From an uncultured Methanosarcinaceae archaeon (lineage in GTDB: Archaea; Halobacteriota; Methanosarcinia; Methanosarcinales; Methanosarcinaceae), in the NCBI GenBank assembly GCA_963733675.1, contig CAVTET010000001.1, forward strand, positions 352,001 to 416,000: a stretch of 64,000 nt of DNA, in the 5' to 3' direction. Within the stretch, counting starts at the first letter, position 1. The number at the start of each line of letters is the position of its first letter. This document shows, in pieces, positions 57,976 to 64,000 of the stretch. A model generated the notes under the pieces. It ran no database searches, was not told the origin of the DNA, and saw only the letters and a list, made by a program, of their open reading frames with translations. The position numbers were made by a program, and so were the translations under genes.

Positions 57976-58226
57976 TCTGATGTCCTTAGGAGATCTATAT
58001 TTATAAATGACTATTACTGTATATATCGATATAGGAGTTCTGATAATAGATCGATGAATAAGTGCCTTAGAATGCCTCGATGTTATTTTTTTGGAATAAA
58101 CTTTTTGTAGATTTAAGATAAGGTAAGGCTTTTGCAGTCGAATATCCAAAATGGTTAATAGGGTTAATTTTATTAGCTTTTCGGATTACTATAGACGTAT
58201 AGAAAAGCATCCGAGTTGATAACAAA

Positions 58227-59345
58227 GTGCGACCTGTCTCACAAAGAGTGAACGCAAAAAAGATTCATGAGAGTAATCCCAAATTTGAAAAATATACCTC
58301 TGAGCTTCTGATCCTTAAGCCTGAAGGTTATCCCTTAAGTGGCATGATGGAAGAATATCCTGTAATTGAAAATATGGGTGTTTTTGAATTTTATGCTCGA
58401 GAACAGTGGAATGGGCATATTGCTCGTAAGGGAGATTATCTTTTTGATCGACGAATGTTTCCAGATTTTGCTTATCGAATTATAGAAGTGGAACCTGCAG
58501 AATCGATAATAGGAAATTCAACCTCGATTATTGTAACTGAAGAAAAAAACGGTTTTCCTTCTACGTTAGAGATAAAGGGTAGCATTAAATTTGAAGATGT
58601 AATTGGACAGGAAATTGCAAAGCAGAAGTGTAGGTTGATAGAAAGATTCCTGGAAGATCCCGAGCGTTTTGGAAAATGGGCTCCAAGAAACATCCTTTTT
58701 TTTGGACCCTCAGGAACCGGAAAAACTATGCTTGCAAAAGCCCTTGCAAACAAGACCGATGTTCTCATCATTCCTGTCAAAGCTACCCAGCTTATTGGAG
58801 AATATGTAGGAGATGGAGCCCGTCAGATTCATCAACTTTATGACCGGGCAGAAGAGATGGCTCCCTGTATAATATTCATAGATGAACTTGATGCTATAGC
58901 TCTGGACAGAAAATTCCAGGAATTAAGAGGGGATGTGAGTGAAATCGTAAATGCGCTTTTAACAGAGATGGATGGTATTATGGAACGTGAGGGGGTATGT
59001 ACAATTTGCTCCACAAACAGGATTTACTCACTTGACTCTGCTGTAAGAAGCAGGTTCGAAGAAGAGATCGAATTTGTTCTCCCAGGAGAAGAGGAAGCCC
59101 TTCGAATATTTGAATCAAATATGAAGACCTTCCCCTTGCAAGTAGAAAATTGTAATTTCCAGGCCCTCGCAAAGAAAACGAAAGGACTTTCAGGCAGGGA
59201 TATTGTAGAAAAGGTCTTGAAATCAGCTCTACACCAAGCAATTATTGAAGACAGAGAAATAGTAACATGTAAGGATTTCGAAAATGTCCTTGCGAAACTT
59301 GGAAAAAAGGAATTCCCGAAGGATCCCTCTGAACTCTATGTTTAA
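58227..59345 (+). CDS. AMA-type AAA ATPase (COG1223)
   Basis: GYPL motif, GPSGTGKT, FIDELD and a C-terminal HbYX-like LYV. Confidence 0.9.
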   Translation: MRPVSQRVNAKKIHESNPKFEKYTSELLILKPEGYPLSGMMEEYPVIENMGVFEFYAREQWNGHIARKGDYLFDRRMFPDFAYRIIEVEPAESIIGNSTSIIVTEEKNGFPSTLEIKGSIKFEDVIGQEIAKQKCRLIERFLEDPERFGKWAPRNILFFGPSGTGKTMLAKALANKTDVLIIPVKATQLIGEYVGDGARQIHQLYDRAEEMAPCIIFIDELDAIALDRKFQELRGDVSEIVNALLTEMDGIMEREGVCTICSTNRIYSLDSAVRSRFEEEIEFVLPGEEEALRIFESNMKTFPLQVENCNFQALAKKTKGLSGRDIVEKVLKSALHQAIIEDREIVTCKDFENVLAKLGKKEFPKDPSELYV

Positions 59346-59457
59346 ACTGCAAAAATATGACAGTGTATAGATTTTTCCTGCAAAATTACAACTCTAAAAA
59401 AGTTATGAGAAAGGAAATCACACATATGAAGAACCAAATTGCATAAAGTACACTAAA

Positions 59458-59545
59458 GAAGATTTCGATGAACCCCAGTATTTCGTCATGTGCTTATAAA
59501 TTATATATAAATAACTTCTGAAATTCATAGGTTTATGGAATCTTC
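59458..59545 (-). mobile_element. MITE-B copy
   Basis: GAAGATTTCGATGAACCCC ... GGTTTATGGAATCTTC; a half copy also lies at about 60311-60340. Confidence 0.65.
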
Positions 59546-60386
59546 TCAAATTTAATTTTGACTTCACAACAAAATATGTGACACTATCCACGGTATAGTA
59601 TCCCACTTTTCAAAGTATACATTTTTAAGGCACTATTATTTTTGATAATATCCAGGAGTTCTTAATTATTTCAGTCGAATACCCAGTTACTTACTACAGG
59701 GATGGAACTTCCTGATAACCATTATTAACCAACTGAGTTATATTTTAAGCTACCTATGCATTACAAAATGGAACTACTTAATGCAAAAATAGTATATATA
59801 AACTGAGATCTAACATGGTTTTTTTTTGATGAAGTACCTTATAAGATTTATTTAGAGAATTATATCATCCCCTATTTAAAGCATAATCTGCCTTGAAATT
59901 TGTAATAGGTACTGTTTTAAATTTAATGCAAGCGGTATTCTGGTGATATGAACTAGATGACACAGTTTTCAATTGTACTCTAAAAAGACTAGCAAGAGAA
60001 CTCCAAGCGTTTTTTTCATTCGTATTTTTTGAGGATAATAATATGCATAAACTACGGAACTGAACAATTTGCGAATAAAATAATTTCAGATGGTTCTATG
60101 TGTGTATTAAGTAATCATTATCATAATAGATCCCAAAGAGTAACTAAAAAACTGGTACTTAGTAAAAACAATTTTTGACTGGAAATGAGATTGCATAGTT
60201 TTAGTTTCTGTTAGATATTTCATAAAATAATCTTTGTTATGAATTTTTATTATTTTTAATAGATCTTTACTTAAATATTATACAATTATTTAATATGTTA
60301 TAAATTCAAGAGGATTTCAATAAACCCCAATTTTTGACTAAGAATGTTAGATTGAGAGGCAAGTTAATTTCAAAGACTTCAACATT

Positions 60387-61202
60387 TCAGGTTCCAACCT
60401 TAACTGGATTCAAAATTTTTCTAAGGGTGGAGACTGCAGAGAGAGCTGCAAGATAGCTGGTTTTAGGGTTTTCCGGAGAAGGGAGGTTTTCGACTCTTGT
60501 GAAAAACTTTCCAAATTCTCCTTCTACAGTAATCTCATGCACGTTTCTGGCTATGGTAGGGTCGGCAACTACTCTCACTTTAGTTCGCTCAAATCCTATA
60601 CCTGCAAGGCTTATTGTTGCTGCCACGTTTACATTTGCTGGAAAGGCTTTGACGGCGTATGAGGCAGATCCTTCAAAAATTACGGTTTCTTTTTTGATCT
60701 TTTCAAGTTCAATTCCCATATTTGCGATATATGGAGCCCCTGAGAGACCTAAAGGAGGTTTTCTGGTGGTCAGGGTAATTGATGAGATTCCAGCTGCTGA
60801 AGCGGAATTTATTCCGTCGATACCAACAACGGCACCTGAAGGGAAATATAGCTTGCAGTTATTCTGTTTTGCAAGTTTAAAAAGTTTTGTTCTGAGTTCC
60901 TCATCCACCAAAGCACCTACACTCAGGACCATCACGTCACGCCCTGCTTCAAGCGCCTGTGGCACTATGGCCCTAACAGCATCTTGAGAGGCACTCTCTA
61001 TGACAAGATCTACACTGCATAACAGTTCTTCAATCTTCATATATGCTGGACTGTATCTTTTCAGGGAAGCTACAAGTTCAAGAGCTTTAATCTCAGAAGA
61101 GTCGAAAAGAGCATGAAGTTCCACATCAACCGCCCCATTATCAATAGCTCTACAAATATGGCAACCAATAAATCCACAACCGATAATTCCTATTTTCAGC
61201 AT
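60387..61202 (-). CDS. nadX: L-aspartate dehydrogenase
   Basis: GCGFIG, SGAVVGIDG, FPANVNVAAT, NVHEI, NPKTSYLAA. Confidence 0.95.
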   Translation of the reverse strand: MLKIGIIGCGFIGCHICRAIDNGAVDVELHALFDSSEIKALELVASLKRYSPAYMKIEELLCSVDLVIESASQDAVRAIVPQALEAGRDVMVLSVGALVDEELRTKLFKLAKQNNCKLYFPSGAVVGIDGINSASAAGISSITLTTRKPPLGLSGAPYIANMGIELEKIKKETVIFEGSASYAVKAFPANVNVAATISLAGIGFERTKVRVVADPTIARNVHEITVEGEFGKFFTRVENLPSPENPKTSYLAALSAVSTLRKILNPVKVGT

Positions 61203-61450
61203 TCCAAACTCCTCACAAATAACAAATATGTTTGACCATTAATACTAAGTTTCACAATTATGGAGATTTTTTGGGGGGTTTTGATTTATTGCGGTCTCAG
61301 AATGCAGTAAATGATGATAATTTTTTTTGATTCCAGAAAATACTACAGACTCTCCAATTTAGAGTTTGGAGTATTTGTATCTGTTCCCCCTTCTTAAATC
61401 TTCTGTTGCTGAGCATTTTCATCTCTGTTATTACTTCGGAATTCAAAGGA

Positions 61451-62105
61451 TCAAGGATACCCTGTCCTTTAGATTAAAAATTATGTGAACCTTTAAATTT
61501 TTTTATTTTCGTTCAAACATCTAAATCATCGTTTCTTTGTAAAGTAATGTTGTCTTTGGTACAATTGTCAGAGGTGAAATAGCATTGGAATTTAACAGCC
61601 TTTGACATGATTATGATCAAATCATCTATCACGTGGTGTTGATGCCTAAGTATCAATACAATAATTCTGCAACAATATAATTAAAGAGGATTTAGTGTCT
61701 ACTTTTACCACTATTTGCACGAACCAGAGCTACAAAGTTCATGCTATGGAAGTTTGTAGATGATAATGTTACTTACTCCTTCAATTTCATCGAAGCAAAT
61801 CTCTATAAGAGGTAGTTCAATACTTGAAGTGGGGTAGTTCTTACAGACTTTTTAAATATTATCCTTAATTGGAATAACTATATTGTGATGAGAGTCCTAT
61901 AGTTAAACGGTAGTTTTATCGATCCTTTGTATATGTGACCTCTAAACAATTAAAACACTATCTTATGGGATCTCAGACAGAGCTGAAAGTAGAGTTTAAA
62001 TCATTTAGATTAAAGGAAAGTGGGCAAAAAATAAATAAGGATTTTTGAGTCTCGACAAACCTAGCTGAGTGCTTGAAGAATACCCTATTCTTTAGGTTGG
62101 GGGCT
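61451..62105 (+). mobile_element. Degraded IS200/IS605 (tnpA-only) element
   Basis: IIYHVVLMPKY and VVQYLKWGSSYRLF fragments; matching subterminal motifs TCAAGGATACCCTGTCCTTTAG (61451) and TGAAGAATACCCTATTCTTTAGG (62074). Confidence 0.75.
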
Positions 62106-62233
62106 ATAACGCAATTTGATTCATAAAATTTTCTCTACTCTTCGTTTTAACTCCTGTTAACATTAAGAGTATGCAGAAAAGTACCCATCTACTTTATGAA
62201 TTTGAGTGGCATAAAGTAGATGGGTAATGTTGC

Positions 62234-63058
62234 ATGCTTATCAAAGACATTGAAAATTTTATCGAAGAAGATCTGGGGTACGATGACGTCTCGTGCACTA
62301 TTGTGCCTGACAGATCTGCAGAAGCTATTATTTCCACAAAAGAGGATTGTATTGTTGCCGGGATTAAAGAAGCTGAATCAATTTTCTGCTATCTTGGAAT
62401 TCAGGCTAAAACAACCCTTCAAGATGGGGATAGTCTCAAAAAGGGAGATATCATTTTCAAGTTAACTGGAGGGGCAGTGTCCATTCTTAGGGCAGAGAGA
62501 CTTACATTAAATTTCCTTGGGCATCTTAGCGGGATTGCAACTCTTACTCGAGCTTGCATGGATATAGTAAGGAAGCATTCGGACACCACAAGGGTGGCAT
62601 GTACCAGAAAAACCACACCAGGCTTAAGAAAATTCGAAAAACTGGCTGTAATTGCTGGTGGAGGAGATCCACACAGGTTTAACCTTTCAGACTTGATCAT
62701 GATTAAAGACAATCACTTAAAACTGATGGAACTTGAAGCTGCAATTAAAGAAGCCCGAAAAAACAGCTTCACTCGTAAAATAGAAGTTGAGGTGGAGTCT
62801 GAAAAAGATGCTTTACTTGCTGCAAAACTCGGAGCTGACATTATCATGTTGGATAACATGCAACCTGAAAAAATTCTGGAAACTCTCTGGTTACTTAAGG
62901 AAAAAGGGCTTAGAGACTCAGTAATTGTTGAAGCATCTGGAAGGATTTCTCAGGCAAACCTTGAAGTTTATGCCAAAACAGGGGTAGATGTTATATCGAT
63001 GGGTTCTCTTGTCCATAAATCAAGATGGATAGATATCAATCTGGAAATGTTAGATTAG
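62234..63058 (+). CDS. nadC: Quinolinate phosphoribosyltransferase
   Basis: CTRKTTPGLR, HRFNLSD, IKDNH, EVEVE, IIMLDN. Confidence 0.95.
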   Translation: MLIKDIENFIEEDLGYDDVSCTIVPDRSAEAIISTKEDCIVAGIKEAESIFCYLGIQAKTTLQDGDSLKKGDIIFKLTGGAVSILRAERLTLNFLGHLSGIATLTRACMDIVRKHSDTTRVACTRKTTPGLRKFEKLAVIAGGGDPHRFNLSDLIMIKDNHLKLMELEAAIKEARKNSFTRKIEVEVESEKDALLAAKLGADIIMLDNMQPEKILETLWLLKEKGLRDSVIVEASGRISQANLEVYAKTGVDVISMGSLVHKSRWIDINLEMLD

Positions 63059-63156
63059 AAATCTTTATTGAAAAAAAGCTGAAAGGATATATTTCTGAAA
63101 TCCTTATTAGAAAACATCAGCACAGAAAATTTAGTTTTGGTTCTTTTTTTGCTTAA

Positions 63157-63244
63157 GAGCATTTCGATAAACCTCTGATTTCACGAATCATTTATATAAT
63201 AGTAATAATCATATAACGAAATTTGAGGGTTGATAGAGATTCTT
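63157..63244 (+). mobile_element. MITE-B copy
   Basis: TAA|GAGCATTTCGATAAACCTCTGATTTCACG ... GGGTTGATAGAGATTCTT. Confidence 0.75.
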
Positions 63245-63277
63245 TCCAAAATCTTGCTTTCGATTAAACATGCCAGA

Positions 63278-63490
63278 GTTTTTGTAGTCTAGAATGGCTA
63301 TTCTTATGACGCCCTACGTTTTCTTAAACATTTCAGAGAAAATACTTCATCCATTCATCTTAGTTCCATTTTTTTGTAATCTCTTCCATAAAATTTAACA
63401 TTGTAGAGTTATTGAGTAGAAATGTATGCATAATCTCCACTAAACTATTTTGTAATTTTTTTGAATATTTTTTTAGTTTACATATCTATT
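63278..63490 (-). repeat. Dispersed ~220-bp repeat, copy C (ends beside IS6 copy 5)
   Basis: AATGGCTA, TTCCATTTT, TATGCATA and CACTAAACTATTTTGTA shared with copy A. Confidence 0.65.
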
Positions 63491-63500
63491 AAGAAAAAGT

Positions 63501-64000
63501 GGTTCCGTTGCAAAAACTTCAACAAAATATGTAAATCTATAAGTGATTAATAAAAATCAAAACATTCAAGGAAAATGTAATAACATTATAAAACTATACC
63601 AAATAATTGATTAATGTATTTGACTTCATTAAGAACAGAGTAATTTAGATCGATTACTTGTCCTTTTTTGATCATATTTATAGCTTCAATTCCTTTTAAA
63701 GTCTTATTAGCAGATCGAAAAGACTGAAATCCTAACATTGGATTAACGATTCTCTTTATAGATCTGTGATCTTGTTCTATAATGTTATTCAAATACTTGA
63801 TTTGTCGAATGCCTACGTTTTTAGGTAGTATTTTATCAATTTTTAGTTTATCTATAGCAGGTGGATAAGCTGGATTCTTATCAACGGTTATTAATCTTGG
63901 AATTTGATTATGATTAGAACTTAAAGCTTTCTTAAAGAATCTCTTCGCTGCCTTTCTATCTCGTTTTGAACTTAACATGAAATCAATTGTATCTCCATTT
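63501..64000 (-). mobile_element. IS6 copy 5 (runs off the window end)
   Basis: TIR at 63501; transposase 3' half ends at 63586. Confidence 0.95.

Overview
This window is most consistent with a Methanosarcina-like (Methanosarcinales) chromosome segment. Intact housekeeping islands are: a heat-shock operon (HSR1/Phr-type repressor, cdc48, two hsp20), fae-hps/tpiA, bacterial-type uvrA-uvrC-uvrB, thioredoxin/trxB, pycB-pycA-birA, wecB, an AMA AAA ATPase, nadX and nadC. They are separated by long AT-rich tracts of decayed genes and mobile-element debris; by my hand sum only about half the window is intact CDS. There are five copies of one IS6 element (three full-length, one truncated, one cut by the window end; one copy is mosaic) and dead IS5, IS256 and IS200/IS605 elements. 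There are also several small non-autonomous elements: a 150-bp IS6-derived MITE (5 copies, two with 8-bp TSDs), a ~90-bp TIR element (about 10 copies), a 68-bp element with a near-perfect 9-bp TSD, and a GTAA-ended element. Other signals are a frameshifted family-A DNA polymerase remnant, a family of small secreted His/Gly-rich proteins sharing a leader, an unexplained ~220-bp repeat in three diverged copies, and HSR1-type operator boxes. I saw no CRISPR array, rRNA or tRNA. All calls are by eye; no database search was run.
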